A DNA stretch of 64,000 nucleotides from Octopus sinensis (GCF_006345805.1 NW_021835479.1:5392-69391); one strand, 5' to 3'. Positions 12,090-25,794 are shown, numbered from the stretch's first letter. The notes: generated from the sequence alone by a model not told the origin. Translations and numbers: made by a program.

Positions 12090-12460
12090 TATCTATGTAA
12101 ATGATTCGCGAAGCATACGACGTATTCGATAAATCATGTCGTACACAAGGACACGTGACGTAAACCGTAGATTATAATTGAAACAAAAATGTTAGAACGA
12201 CTGACATACGTCGTAATTATGTTAGAACGACAGACATACGTCGTAATTATGACAAAAAAATCTAATACGAAATGTCAGGTGACTCGGAAGACAAAGCAGC
12301 TAAGACTTTATAGTATATCATGATGCATAAATCCCATGGCAAGACATGAAATATGAATCATAACGTATAAAACATAAATCATAAAAATGATATATCATAA
12401 AATGATACTTAGACTTTTGCAAATGGAATTAAATAATTTGTGACATTTGTCAGGTGATGG
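12090..12460 (+). mobile_element. Possible highly decayed non-LTR RT remnant
   Basis: Faint, ordered echoes of AYD, QGDS, MDDxK and MEF motifs with many frameshifts. Confidence 0.25.
12189..12248 (+). repeat. 30-bp tandem duplication
   Basis: atgttagaacgac[t/a]gacatacgtcgtaatt x2. Confidence 0.95.
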
Positions 12461-12587
12461 GTGTCATATAAACAGGAGAATATAATAAGACAAAACACGA
12501 CTCATGAGTATTCGTAAAGATATTTCAGTTTCATAGAACAATGTATATTATTTAAATTCTTCGCAGAATTCAAGTTGGTCGTATATA

Positions 12588-12631
<44 letters not shown>

Positions 12632-13924
12632 TACTCTAGCAGTATATTATTGGTCGTGGCATATCACTGTTTCGAATGTTACGGACTGTTTCACGCCGAC
12701 TATTGGCAAGTGTAACAGTCAGTTCGGAAATGTTGGTTTTATGTCGTAACCAGAGATATACTAAGGATATATAGTTTAACAAAAAAAAAAAAAAAAAAAA
12801 ATACAACCGTTGTATTTCTCTTTTAGAGCATGCTTTTTCATCTGGTTTATGGATTATCAATTGATCTTGTGTGTGTGTGTGAGTGAGATTATATAGAACT
12901 TGGACTACTTAGGCTATGTTCTCCAAAGTGCCCTTCCTTCTTTTAAATATAGGTTGGTATTTGAGAGAGATTGGTTACTATATCAACTTTAACTGAACAG
13001 AACTATGAGCAAAGAGACTTGACATGTTTTGGTTTCTTTTCAATTCGAGTAACTTTGACATTTCTAAGACCATTCTAACAACCACTCATTAATGAAAACA
13101 AAAACACATCCTTGTTTCACAACGTACAATGAAACACCAATATATGCTAAAAACTTCCATCTTTTTTCAAGCAATGTATATCGAAGACTACATTATTCAA
13201 TATACCACTACCTTATTAATGCGACAGACTGCTACCTTTAGGGAGATTTAGCTGTTATTTCTTACTGGTCTAGCGACTGCCTAGAAGTTCTTTTTTTATC
13301 TCGTCAATAGTTATAAATTCTTTGGTCAATCCTGATCGAGAATCCCTACAATCGAAGTCATTGTAACGGTTACTGTACTATCTTTTAGGGATATGTATAA
13401 CTATATTATCTCGTGTGCTTGTCGTATATCAGATGATGTGCTATAATTTAAGAGAGATTTCGTTGTTATATCAGTAGGTCGAGCGACAATGTAAAAGGGT
13501 CACGTGTTGAGCTGAGTTTTTATGGTGATGTAATACAGGGATACAATATATTGTCGTAGTTTGCTTAATGATACATGGTGTGGTGAAGTGTGATAAAATA
13601 CTATATGGAGCACAGTGATAGTGTCATGGGTACACGAACTGAGTCAAAGTATGGGCGGTGACGTGATAGGGGTGGGGTAGGAATTAAGGCGGGAAAGCCG
13701 GTGGAAGACAGCAAAAGTTTTGTCAAGAGTGTAAATCTATACCATAACGTGATATATAATTTATGTTTTTTCCGTAAAATTCCTCCTCCTAACGCGCGCA
13801 TACGCGTACACAAATACATACACTATATGAGTATACGCTCGTACATAATGTATACATTAGAATGTGCGTGTATGTAAATATATATGTGAAAATATATGTG
13901 TGTATTTGTGCTTAAAGATATGTA

Positions 13925-13966
<42 letters not shown>

Positions 13967-14166
13967 AGCCTAAGAAACACGTGGTGTATTTACTGGTATG
14001 AAAGTAAAATTTACTGAGTTTGTATGCCGTTGTAAGTAGAAACTTGTGAATTTAAGGACAAATTTATACTTTAGGCAAGAGAAATGGTAAGTGCAACATA
14101 TTTTTGAGTTGTAGATGTTATGTTTAAACGGATCTGTAAATGTTGGTGTGCGCCTTCATGAAGGAA

Positions 14167-14769
14167 GCGAACTGGCAGAGTGGTTAGCACGCCGGGCGAA
14201 ATGCGTAGCCGTATTTCGTCTACCATTACGTTCTGAGTTCAAATTCCGCCGAGGTCGACTTTGCCTTTCATCTTTTCGGGGTCAATAAATTAAGTACCAG
14301 TTATGCACTGGTGTCGATAAAATCGACTTAATCCGTTTGTCTGTCCTTGTTTGTCCTCTCTGTGTTTAGCCCCTTGTGAGTAGTAAAGAAATAGGTATTT
14401 CGTCTGCCGCTACGTTCTGAGTTCAAATTCCACCGAGGTCGATTTGCCTTTGATCCTTTCGGGGTCGATAAATTAAGTACCACTTACGCACTGGGGTCGA
14501 TGTAAATGACTTAATCCCTTTGTCTGTCCTTGTTTGCCCCCTCTATGCCCCTTGTGGGCAATAAAGAAATAAGAAACGTTAGCACGCCGGGCGAAATACT
14601 TAGCGGTATTTGGTCTGCCTTATCGTTCTGAGTTCAAATTCCGCCGAGGTCGGCTTTACCTTTCATCCTTTCGGGATCGATAAATTAAGTACCAGTTGCG
14701 TACTGGGGTCGAACTAATCGACTGGTCCCCTCGCCAAAATTTTCGGGCCTTGTGCCTAGAGTAGAAAAG
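14167..14769 (+). mobile_element. Trimeric SINE family A
   Basis: Three tandem monomers, each with gttctgagttcaaattcc.ccgaggtcga. Junctions at ~14393 and ~14572. Confidence 0.9.
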
Positions 14770-14789
14770 TATGCGCCTTCATGCATTGA

Positions 14790-15225
14790 GCATCATATTA
14801 TTTCAGGTATTCAGGATAACTTTCTTAAAAACCAAATATGATATGAAGTGCGATTAGAAACGTTCGGTGGACAGTCAAATGTCGCAAATGAAATAGCTGG
14901 GTATGCTGACATGACCGGGTGTATGTAGGCAGTTTTCGGGTACAAGTTGGTATTATTGGACCCTATAGTATAGCTAGCGGTGGTGTTGAGGGAGCCGTTC
15001 GCTCCAATTGTCGATTTTATGTGGGTGGGCACTTTTCGATCTGCTGCCTATTTTTTCTCTCTTCTCTTTTTTTGCTTCTCTCTGTGTTTTCTTTTCTCGT
15101 TTCTGTAGAAGAGCATATACTCGCAACGTTAAAAACGCTTTCGTTTTTCCTGAGCGTCAAACTAATACACTTTGCTTTAGTCCTCTCACCTTGTCTCTGT
15201 CTTCCGTTTCTTGCCTTCTTTTGTA
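14790..15225 (+). mobile_element. Possible Penelope 3' end (decayed endonuclease C-terminus plus HHR)
   Basis: AVFGYKLVLLDP resembles the E.FW.YKL....P end of the endonuclease. It is followed by a pyrimidine tract and the minimal HHR at 15099. Confidence 0.35.
15099..15135 (+). ncRNA. Degenerate minimal hammerhead (same family)
   Basis: TTT-CTGTAGA-A-GAGC-ATAT-ACTC-GCAAC-GTT-AAAAA, followed by cctgagcgtcaaactaatac. Confidence 0.45.
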
Positions 15226-15595
15226 TATGCTTGGGAACCCGCAGTGGGTGAGGGAACGGAAAACTGGAGGGTTTCTCGGGAAGCACACACTTTGGCTACG
15301 CCATCGATTTCACCCCTCTTAATTTCTCGTAAAATAATCAGAAATCCAACACAGTCGAGGCGCTGCGTTCAGTCAATGTGTTTCTCAATGTTATTGAATG
15401 CGTTTAGATGGATACAAATTGCATTCTCATAAGAAGAAATCAACATTTAAATATCGTATTCTTAATTGGAGAAATAAGCGCAGGAGCAGCACGGCTCTGT
15501 AACGTATCGATACTTGTAATAGCTTGTAGATGTGGTAGACTTGATCTCATAGGTAATCCTGATGTCTATTCCTTTTAGAAGACCAAAACGGCAAA

Positions 15596-15860
15596 TGTGG
15601 AGGCGCGTGGCTTAGTGGTTAGGGTGTCAGCATCATGACTGTAAGATTGTGGTTTCGATTCCTGGACCGGGCGACGCGTTGTCTTCTTGAGCAAAACACT
15701 TCATTTCACGTTGCTCCAGTCCACTCAGCTGGCAAAAGTGAGTAACGCTGCGATGGACTGGAGTCCCGTTCAGCTGAGGAACACATACGCCATAGAAACC
15801 GGGAAACTGGGTCCATGATCCTGGCTAGGCCTTAAAAGGGCGCATTTATTTTTTTATTTT
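15596..15860 (+). mobile_element. SINE family C, full length with 11-bp target-site duplication
   Basis: tRNA head (tggcttagtggttag...gtttcgattcc), CORE-like ttgagcaaaacactt..., V-like gcgatggactggagtccc. TSD AAAACGGCAAA at 15585-15595 and 15861-15871. Confidence 0.9.
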
Positions 15861-17189
15861 AAAACGGCAAAAAGCATCGCGCATGTTAATAGCCAGGGGT
15901 GAGTGGATGTCAAAGAATGTGAGACCAAATTAGTAGACGCTATAAGTAAAGACCCGTCTAGGATAGAGAATCGGTGGATAAACATCAGAGAGAGAAAGAT
16001 TATAATAAAGACATCAAAGACAAAAGGGAGAAAGAGTAAATGCGGTTGTCGTGGTAGGAAATGAAGGGAGAGATGAGGAGAAGGAGGAGGAGGAGGAAGG
16101 GAGGGGGTAGTTGGAAGACAGAAATGTTAGGAAAATAACTAAGGCTGGAGTTTAACCTTTCTATTTCGTCTCCATGAAAGAACAGCGAACGCACACTGAG
16201 ACGCATTACTCACACAAATAAACACTACCTATGTACATAAACACACACACACACACACAACACGTATAATATATTTATATGCGCACATGTTTAAACTCAC
16301 TCATATTTATATGTGCATGTATATATATGTGTGTGTGTGTGTGTATATGTATGTATATATTTCCACTCATATATATATAATTATAGATATATACATGTGT
16401 ACGTGTATGGTGTATGTGCGTCAGTCACACAGACGTGTGTATATATGTGTGTGTGTGTGTGTGTGTGTTTGTGCGTGCTTTGCAAATAACTTGCACATGC
16501 AAGTGCTACCAGTCGAAAGCATCGCATACCGGAAGCTAGCAAGTGTATGAGGTTATTAGGAGAGAATGCGCGTCTACCTCTCGACGGCATCATTGCGCAC
16601 CGGCTCCGCCTCACTGACATGAGACCACGCTTCTAAGATCAACTGGTGATCAAATATAGCTCAACATTCTTCTAGCCATTGCTCAACATCTCTTTTTAAC
16701 CAAATCCTTTTCCACTGTAGTTTGGATATCGCTCATGGTGGTATTTGCTTTACAATGAGTTAAAACTCGCCAGTCAAACGGCGTCTTTCGTAAGTATATA
16801 AAATATATAATTGCAACGCAACAGCTTTGTAACACAAGTACTTAATGACCCGAGGTCCAGTTCCTACATGGAACTGTTCACAATTTCAGAGATTAATAAC
16901 CTGGTATCTCTTCAGCGACGACCGAGAATTCTAAGCAGATTTTAATGTCGCTTTCCCTTTAAGAACGGGGAGTGTAAACTCCAACAGTCACAATATTTCT
17001 GTGAGGAGCAGCGAATCTAAGAATTATTAGCAATGAAGCGACAATGATGGAACAATGGCAAAAGTTTATAATTAGCAGATTGTGTGGAGCCATCATCAGC
17101 GGACACAAAGCATGTTGACAAAAAAAATAATAAATGCGCAGGCTGGATAAAGTATTAAAATACGCACACTCGCGCCGCGAGTTTGTTCG

Positions 17190-17400
17190 TAACCCAGTGC
17201 CACGGTTTCCATGCCTTTGTATAAAAGCCTCTTCCTTTTCTGTGCATTGGTTTATATGGCTGCAATGTGTAAAAGCTACCATCCAAATTGTAAGTGGATG
17301 TCGTCTTCTGCATATGAGTGTCTCATGTTTAGCAAATGCGAATCTCAACTTGAAACAGATTTTCATGACGCCTCATTCTTCAGACGAAAATGAATACATT
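17190..17400 (-). mobile_element. Possible Penelope GIY-YIG C-terminal remnant
   Basis: ICRRRHPLTIWMVAFTHC...EKEEAFIQRH resembles the IC....P...I.PFY.C...KEE.FI end of PLE endonucleases. Weak. Confidence 0.25.
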
Positions 17401-18276
17401 TATCATATTACAAATGTGAAGAGGAAAAGCACGACTCCCTATACAACCTTCTCCTCTCCATCACAAACAAAATCGCTTTACGTCTATATAAGAATCAACT
17501 ATTGCTATCGGATATATTAGCTGAGGTGATGTGGGGAGGAGAAGAAATGGGGGAGTTCCGAATAAAATCCTTTGAGGGATTTAGTTACAGCCCTTTAAAT
17601 TTATGAGCTTCTGAATACAGTTGGGTCAACTTTGTCTTTAATCTTTCTACGGTCGGTAAAATAAGTAACTACTAAGCAGTGAGTTCAATATACTCGAATG
17701 TAGCTTCCACTCTTTCAAATCTGTGACCTCCACCCTTTAAAATGTGTGACCCAGTAACTGCATTTAAACCGCCGATGTCTATACTTTTAGACAAAAATAA
17801 TCTTGCACATGCTAAGGTGCTTTCATTGCTCTTTATTCACTTGTTTATATTTTACTTTATTTATTATTGTTATTTACGAGTTTCAAATGAAATCGGATGG
17901 ATTCCGGGTGGAATCTAGTTAACGACACTTCATTCACGCTTCGTTCCACCTCATTTACACGGTTAATGTCTGCCTTTAAGAAAGTTATGTATCCCACACA
18001 CGATTTCATCAATGGTTTTATTATTATTATTATTATTATTATGATTATTATTATTATCATCATTATTGCAAAAATGAACAGAATTCTAGTGTAGGAATCG
18101 TTTGAGTCGCTGAGACGGTGGAACAGTTTCATTACCCAGTTGAATCTGCTCCATTTAATTACACCACAAGAAAACGGAGCTTTTGTTCAGAATTTCTCTA
18201 GAAAGCCCTAGACTTTAGTACTTCTCTAGACATATAAAGAACTTGACTAAACTCCTCTTAATGTATGAAAATAATA

Positions 18277-18812
18277 ATCTTTTCAAATTTTGACATGAGG
18301 CATGCCGTTTTGAGGGGATAAGGTTAGTCGATATTGCTCCACTTACTTGACTTGTATTGCATTTCATCGACCCCGGAAGAATAAAAGACAAAGTTAACTT
18401 TGGTAGAATTCGAACTCAGAATGTAATGAACCGGAAGAAATACTGCAAAGCATTTTTTTTCGATGTTGTAACGATTCTGCCAGTTCACAGCCTTGATGTA
18501 TGCAAATAATGACTTCAAATTTTGGCACAATGCCAGCAAGTTTGGGGGACGGGGGCTAATCGATTATGTCGGTCCTAATACTGAAATGATACTTATTTTA
18601 TAGACCGTGAAAGCATGAAAGGCAAATCGACCAGGACGGCATTTGGACTCAGACCGGAAAGATGGATGCTGATACTTATTTCATCGACTCCGAAAGTATG
18701 AAAGGCAAACTCGACCCCGGTGGCATTTGAACTCAAAACTTAAAGCCAGAAGACATGTGGCTTAGCAAATCTTTCATCCTGCATACAAACGATTCCGTTA
18801 GCTCGCCGCCTT
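18277..18812 (-). mobile_element. Cluster of SINE family A copies and fragments
   Basis: Repeated atttcatcgaccccg...gaaaggcaaa...atttgaactca modules. Confidence 0.8.
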
Positions 18813-19159
18813 AATGTATGCAAGTAATAATAATAACAATTTTTAATGAAAGATTTTGCCGTTTATTCACGTAATCTTTCTAATGCCTAAATCTATGAGC
18901 ATTGCTTTTGTGAGTTCGTTCATAAATACTTCACAGTGCTGATGAGCCTTTTCGTAGACACAATGCTTTGCTGCGAGCTTGCTTATAGACACAACACACT
19001 GTTGTTACTAGCATGAACACTGGAACACCACAATGCTTACTAACTTTCATCATAAACTCGGCATTCTCCAATCGTTTCAGGATATCAAATATCAAGTAGT
19101 TTTATTATTGCTAATATTGTCGCTATTGCTGCAGCCATTTTTGCTTTTTAGTGCTATGT

Positions 19160-19320
19160 TAATCCTAGTTTAAGTAGGCCTTTGATCAGAGGGCATCCAG
19201 CCGTAACCAGCACGTCTTTTTTAATTATCAAAGACTACATTATCCGATGTATAATTTTTAAAGATGACAGGAAGAGTTAGCTAATATTTCTGGCAGGTTG
19301 AAGAATATAACTCTACTCAA
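19160..19320 (-). mobile_element. Old repeat family E, representative copy
   Basis: Motif gtcgacctgctagaaatagcagccaaatc...ggtcacggctggaatgc..tgatca recurs in decayed form at ~11390, 12940, 13230, 13430, 23940-24200, 24770, 34280, 47640-47830, 48860, 50220-50290, 50640 and 60310. Confidence 0.55.
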
Positions 19321-19589
19321 GCAGATAATTTTTTTTAGAGTTGTTGATTTATTTTTCTCATATCATATAAATTACATAACATATTGTAACACGATATTTT
19401 ATCAGCTAAAACATTCTGAATATTGCTTTGATGTCGGCCATTTTTTTTTCAATTTCCATTGATGGTTGAGTATACGTGCATATTAGAATTAAGCGTTTTA
19501 CACGTTCTAATGTACAAATATAACAATCGGAAGTTCCCATGATTTCTTTTCAAGAATAACAAAACCCAATCAAGCATCGATATTTTTAC

Positions 19590-19965
19590 CTTTCCTTTTG
19601 TTAAATTTACTTGTTTCAGTCACTGGACTGTGGCCATGCTGGGGCATTGCTTTGAAAGGTTTCAGTCGAATAAATCAAGCCCGATACTTTTGTTTTTCTA
19701 AGTCCCGTACTTATTCTATCGGTCTCCTTTACAGAAACGCTAAGTTATGGGGATGTGAACAAACCAACAACATATGGTTTTCAGGCTGTGAGGGTGGAAA
19801 ACATAAACATAAAAATGCGCGTGCATACACGATGAATTTCCACACAGTTTCCTATCGCCAAAGGCATTGGTCTCGACCCCAGGGCTATAGTAGAAGACTA
19901 AGGTGTCTCGTATTGGGACTGAACACGAAATCACGAGGTTCCAAAGCCAGCTTCTTAACCACATG
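19590..19965 (-). mobile_element. SINE family B, diverged
   Basis: cttgtttcagtcactggactgtggccatgct...cttcttaaccaca. Confidence 0.85.
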
Positions 19966-20240
19966 GATATAGATAAGTAAAACAGTTAATAAATAAATAA
20001 CCGTTGAAAACATGGCAGTTTGAACTACATTACTGTTATCTGACTCAATTTGAATTATAGAAGGAGAGACTTGTGGGCCTTTTTGCAATCAAATGATTTC
20101 TGTCAAAGAACAAGATTTCACGCCTTTGATAGAGAATGTGTGAAAGTTGGGCCGAGCTTGTCTTGGGTTTTATGCAATGATTTACGGAAAACTCAGCTGG
20201 TCTTATCTGTTTTTATTAACCACGAATGTATCTCATACGA

Positions 20241-20283
<43 letters not shown>

Positions 20284-20664
20284 TATATTATATATATATA
20301 TATATATACATACATACACACACACACACAAACACACTCTCTCTCTCTCTCACACACACACACATATATGGGTATTCGCGCATGTACATATACAGCAGAT
20401 ACATATATATATATATATATAATGTTATGTATGTACGTATATGGGCATGCATTAGTGTGTATGTGTAAATGTATGCATATATACGTATAATACATATATC
20501 TGTGTATGTATGTACATGTATACGTGACTACAGGCGCATACACAACCATACAAAAACCAGACACATATAAACACACACATATGTTATACATTGTGTTACG
20601 ATGTAACTTATGGGATTGTCGGTAGAGTTAATTGTTGATGCACACTCTCCATTCTGACCTCCCT

Positions 20665-20865
20665 TTACTTGTGTGTGTGTATGTATGTATGTATGTATGT
20701 ATGTATGTATGTATGTATGTATGTGTGTGTGTGTGTGTGTATGTGTGTATGTATGTATGTATGTATGTATGTATGTATGTATGTATGTATGTATGTAGTA
20801 TGTGTGTGCGTAGGTATGTACGTGTATGAGTATGTATGTGTGTGTGTGCGTATGTGTATGTATGT
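20665..20865. repeat. (TATG)n/(TG)n array
   Basis: Direct observation. Confidence 0.95.
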
Positions 20866-21096
20866 GCGGGCGCGTGTTTGTGTATGTCTTTCAGGAACTG
20901 TGTGTCTCGCTACAAATAAATCTTAAACAGATGAATACATATTACAGAATGATTGGATATTTTGTTGCCTGAAGATTATTTATTTCACACAGGCACTTTT
21001 AAGGGGTTAATACACACACACACACACATAATATATATATATATATATAATACGTATATGTATATATACATATATAATATATATATATATATTATA

Positions 21097-21137
<41 letters not shown>

Positions 21138-21290
21138 CATATATATATATATACATATACGTAGATGTGCGTGTATATATACCTATATATACATACATAT
21201 ATTGTATGCTCGTGTATTACATGTGTGTGTGTGTGTAAATGGATGTATGTGGATTCATACGTGTGTATGTGGGGGGGACACCGTTTATAT

Positions 21291-21508
21291 ATCTTTTACT
21301 CGTTGCCGTCATTGGACTGCGGCGCCACCATGCGGTATTAGTCTAACAAATGGACCTTAGTTTGTTTTTTTTTTGCTTTTTGCTTTGTGAAAGTTTAGTA
21401 CTTATTCTGTTAGTCGTTTTTGATAAACGTAAACCAACCAACACCGGTTGCCAAGCGATATGAAGGACTGACATGGAACAACACAAACACACACACAGAC
21501 ATACACGC

Positions 21509-21560
<52 letters not shown>

Positions 21561-21718
21561 ATTCGTGTATGTATGCTTGTTTCCGTCTTTTCACCTTTCA
21601 AATTCTCCCACTGGCTCAGGCTATGTTAGAAGACATTAGCCCAAGGTGCCGTGCTGTGGAATTGAACCCGAAACTACATAGTAACAAAGCGAGCTTTTTA
21701 ACGACACAGCCATGTCTA
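21291..21718 (-). mobile_element. SINE family B, diverged
   Basis: gtcattggactgcggc...cccaaggtgccg...ttaacgacacagcc. Confidence 0.8.
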
Positions 21719-22019
21719 TGTAGATATTACTTTTGTACCTTAAGTTCACACCAAGATGAAGCTTCTGAGGATTCTTAAAAGGTTCCTCTTTAAATATCTA
21801 TCACAACATTACTTCAATAAATTATATAGAGTAAATGGCTGTTGAAATATATATGTAAACGGTATTTGTCAAGATTTTTTAATGTTTCTTTCACTAAACA
21901 AAGATTTATGTTATGCATTTACTTGAATTATAGGACTAAAAAACAGATTCAATGATTAGATAATTACTATTTGTAAATCTCACAACGAGAGATATTCAGC
22001 AACAGTACTTTGGAGAGAG

Positions 22020-22229
22020 CGGAGAGCTGGCAGAAATGTTAGCACGCCGGGCGAAATGCTTAGCTGTATTTCGTCTGTCTTTGCGTTCTGAGTTCAAATT
22101 CCGCGAAGGTTGACTTTGCCTTTCATCCTTTCGGGGTCGATAAATTAAGTACCAGTTACACACTGGAGTCGATCTAATCGACTGGCCCCTTCCTAAAACT
22201 TTCGGGCCTTGTGTCTAGAGTCGAAAAGA
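22020..22229 (+). mobile_element. SINE family A monomer
   Basis: gagctggcagaaatgttagcacgccgggcg...gggccttgtgtctagag. Confidence 0.9.
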
Positions 22230-22269
22230 ACAGTACATTGGAGTAAAGATTATTTGCCAACATAACATG

Positions 22270-22590
22270 GCAGTCCTGATTTAGGACGAATGTTGCTGTA
22301 AATTGGCCCCAGGAGACATCGTCTCCAGCTGGCTATACGACACGCTCTGTGTCCTTATATTTTCGAAGAAGGGAATCTAGCACCCCCAACTCAGCTCAAC
22401 ATACATAGATAACTTGTGGTAGTGTGTTTACGTTCCCGTAACTTAGCAGTTCGGCAAAAGACCAATAGAATAAGTACCAGGCTTTCAAAAAAGTAAGTCA
22501 TGGGGTCGATTTGTTCGACTAAATCCCTTCACAATGGTGCCCAAACATGGTCGCGTTTAAAACTGACTGAAACAGGTAGAAGATAAAAGA
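22270..22590 (+). mobile_element. Composite: unidentified repeat (22270-22410) plus family B right arm
   Basis: gtgtttacgttcccgtaacttagcagttcggcaaaagacc...ctgactgaaacagg, preceded by a ggacgaatgttgctgta...ccccaggagacatcgtctccagctgg segment. Confidence 0.7.
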
Positions 22591-22625
<35 letters not shown>

Positions 22626-22755
22626 ATATATTATATTAAATTAGAGATAAAACCACTATTAGGCAAATCATACAATGAAAAACTTAAGCCAATACATAAG
22701 ATTAATTAATTTATATTATTTTAATTATATATCAAATTATTTAAAAAGATAATGA

Positions 22756-22804
<49 letters not shown>

Positions 22805-22831
22805 ATATATATTATATATATATATGTAGAC

Positions 22832-22911
<80 letters not shown>

Positions 22912-25049
22912 GATAGATAGATAGATGTGTCGCTTTGCATTCAGTTGCAAGATACTTGATGTGAACTCGTATGTTCATATATATTTTGACGTATTTCTGG
23001 AGAGTCATGTTGCCATTGATAAACACACGCACTAGTTCCATTTAACTTCTTTATTTTTGTTAGTAGTCAGTTCGTTAGTCAACAAAATAGCTTGTTATTA
23101 ACCAATTCGTTAACTAATAAGATAATCGATTCTTTGATTAATCATACGGTTAATCAATTAATCAACTAGGATTGTTTCGTCGTCATTTGCAACTTCATAA
23201 ACGACATTCCCTCCCTATTCTAGGTCTGCTCTCCATGAATATATACATATATAAATACATACATACATACACACACACACACATGTACATAAACCTTACT
23301 AATTGAATCTAAAGTAAGTAGCTACATAGATCGTCAGTTCGCTTCGCTTCACAGAGAAGACAGAAAGCAATTTATAAGGAATACATGCATTTTAAATATA
23401 TTTTCAAAATACGTTTGTCCTCTCAGTCACTGCACGGACACCCAGGTATATGCTTTATTTTAATGACATTGAGCGGTCGAGAGACATATCGCCCTTACTC
23501 TTTTCTAGATCGCTAGTATATAACCAGCTTACTTTTCCTGTGAGCCGAGCTGAACTCTCAACACCGTCCGCCTCTCTATCACTTATCCAGCTTCATACTA
23601 AATCATGGTATCTTAAATTTCAACCGTTGAAAAGCAAATATATTGGCCAGTTAGATAATGGAGTGTTGGTAATTTCATAAGAAACGCCCATCTGTCGGTT
23701 CGGTCAATCGCACTTTTATATGATTTACCTAAAGGTAGTACATAAACCATGATTTGAAAGTATGGTACAAAATCACAAATTTTATAATAAGCTGGTATAC
23801 TGAGTATTTATCCCCAGTACATTACAGGTATATGCTTCATTATTGTTATATGAGCCATCGAACGAACGGGAGCCTCTTCGCATTCGCTGGAGCTACTAGA
23901 ACGGAAACCATATTTCCCTCTCAAATAAGTCTTTAAACATAGATACTTAAAGACAAACTGGATAAGACAAACTGGATAAAGTAATCCAAGACGTATTGTT
24001 TAAAATAAAGACAAGATGATCACAGCTGGAATCTTTTTGGTCATAGATCTTCCAGATTAGATTAATCAGAGGCAAACAACAATAACATATATTAAAGTCT
24101 ATTAATTCTAATACGACCCAACGATGGAGCCGCTACACGCTTTCTTAACTTTCTAGAAATAGCAACGAAATCTTCCCAAACCACATTCTGTCATATTTAA
24201 AATTTTGGGCAATAGCTTTTGGTATACAGAAGAAAATGGGATAGTCAAAGCCCAGATAATCGTTGATAATTCTTCTATCAATCAAGATTAACCCTGGGAC
24301 TAAGAACAACAAAGCAAGTGGTATTTATTTTAAACATTCCTTCAGCAGTGATCATAACTCATTTTTCTTAATGCCAGAAAGTGAAAAAGAATTGGCAAAC
24401 ATTACAAGTAACAGATCTCACACATATCAACCAGCCACCGAACAAACATATATCTGCTTGAAATAACAGCTAAAGCTGCCTCAAAGCAAACCTACCATGT
24501 TAAAAAATACAGTACAAGATATACTATGTATCAACAAAACTGCGGGAAGTTCATGTCAGAAATAGTTTTGATCATAACTCTGTTGATCAGAATTGACCTT
24601 GATTTCAAGGATATTATTAAAGAAACATGATCCCTTAGTAAGTAAATTTATAGTCAAAGATATCCCAACCATGACCATCACGCCTATTTTATTTCCAGGT
24701 GTAACGTATCTACGTTGTCCAAACAAGAGCTTCATATTTTTAAGAGGATATGTTTTATTTCAAATGGATTTGGCTGCTATTTCTGCTATGTCAACTGTCG
24801 ACAACTGTCAACTGTCAACTGGCGAACAATTTTTGCTATAGTTTAGTCTTGGATAAACTTGATCAAAGTAGAACATTCAGGATATAACCATCTAGTTTTT
24901 TTTTTGCATAAGTATGATTCAGATTACATCGTCTCATGGCTCTTCACTGCTTCATGACGACAGTCTTGGATTTGAAATAATTTGGCCGTTAAGGCAATGA
25001 GAGATGCAAGCAAAGCAGATAAAAATGTGAAACTCGAGAAGTTTATCTT

Positions 25050-25375
25050 CTTTTAATTTCTTTCACTTGTTTCAGTCATTGGACTGCGGCCATGCTGGGG
25101 CATCGCCTGGAAGGATTTAGTAGTTCGACTCCAGTATTCATTTTAAGTATGGCACTTCTTTTGTCGGCTTATTTTGTCGAACAGCTAAGCTGGGAGGACT
25201 AAGCAAACCAGCATCGGTTGCCCAGCAGTGGTGGGGACAATCACTCACGCGCGCGCACACACACACACACAGATACACGACGGGCTTCCACACAGTTTCC
25301 ATCTATCAAATCCAACCAAAAATCTTTGATCAACGCGGGATACTTGCCCATGGTGAGAGGCAGTTATATTGACCC
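25050..25375 (-). mobile_element. SINE family B, diverged
   Basis: cttgtttcagtcattggactgcggccatgctgg...cacagtttccatctatcaaatcc. Confidence 0.8.
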
Positions 25376-25794
25376 TAAGATATCATACATTTTTTTCTAG
25401 TCAGATCTGGTTACAAAAGCAATTCCGTAAACAAAGTTTGAAATAAAATAAATAAAAAAAAACCTATTCTTATCCCACACCCCCGTCCCGATAGCAGTTA
25501 TAGAAAAAATAGAAAAGCACATGTTCAGGTTAGGAAGGTTATGTTTTTATCTACAGTTGTACTGTTTGTCATTTGAAAGAAAAATATGTAGAAGTCAGAA
25601 AAGTTTATGGAGGTCAAAGAGTGGTATACATTAACGCTGATTACTGACTGTTGATATTAACGCAAATATGAGTTAGACGTTCAAATTTAACTAACATACG
25701 TATATATATCACACTATCTTCCTTATCTCTTTCATTCATGGATTCCTGTTTCTCTCGATATCTATCAGTCTATCTATCTATCTATCTATCTATC

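Noticed and set aside
12189-12248. CRISPR-like repeat
   Set aside because: Two adjacent units with no spacer, in a eukaryotic context.
22268-22300. Hammerhead stem II (GTCC...GGAC-GAA)
   Set aside because: Lacks both the CUGANGA and the full GAAAC cores.
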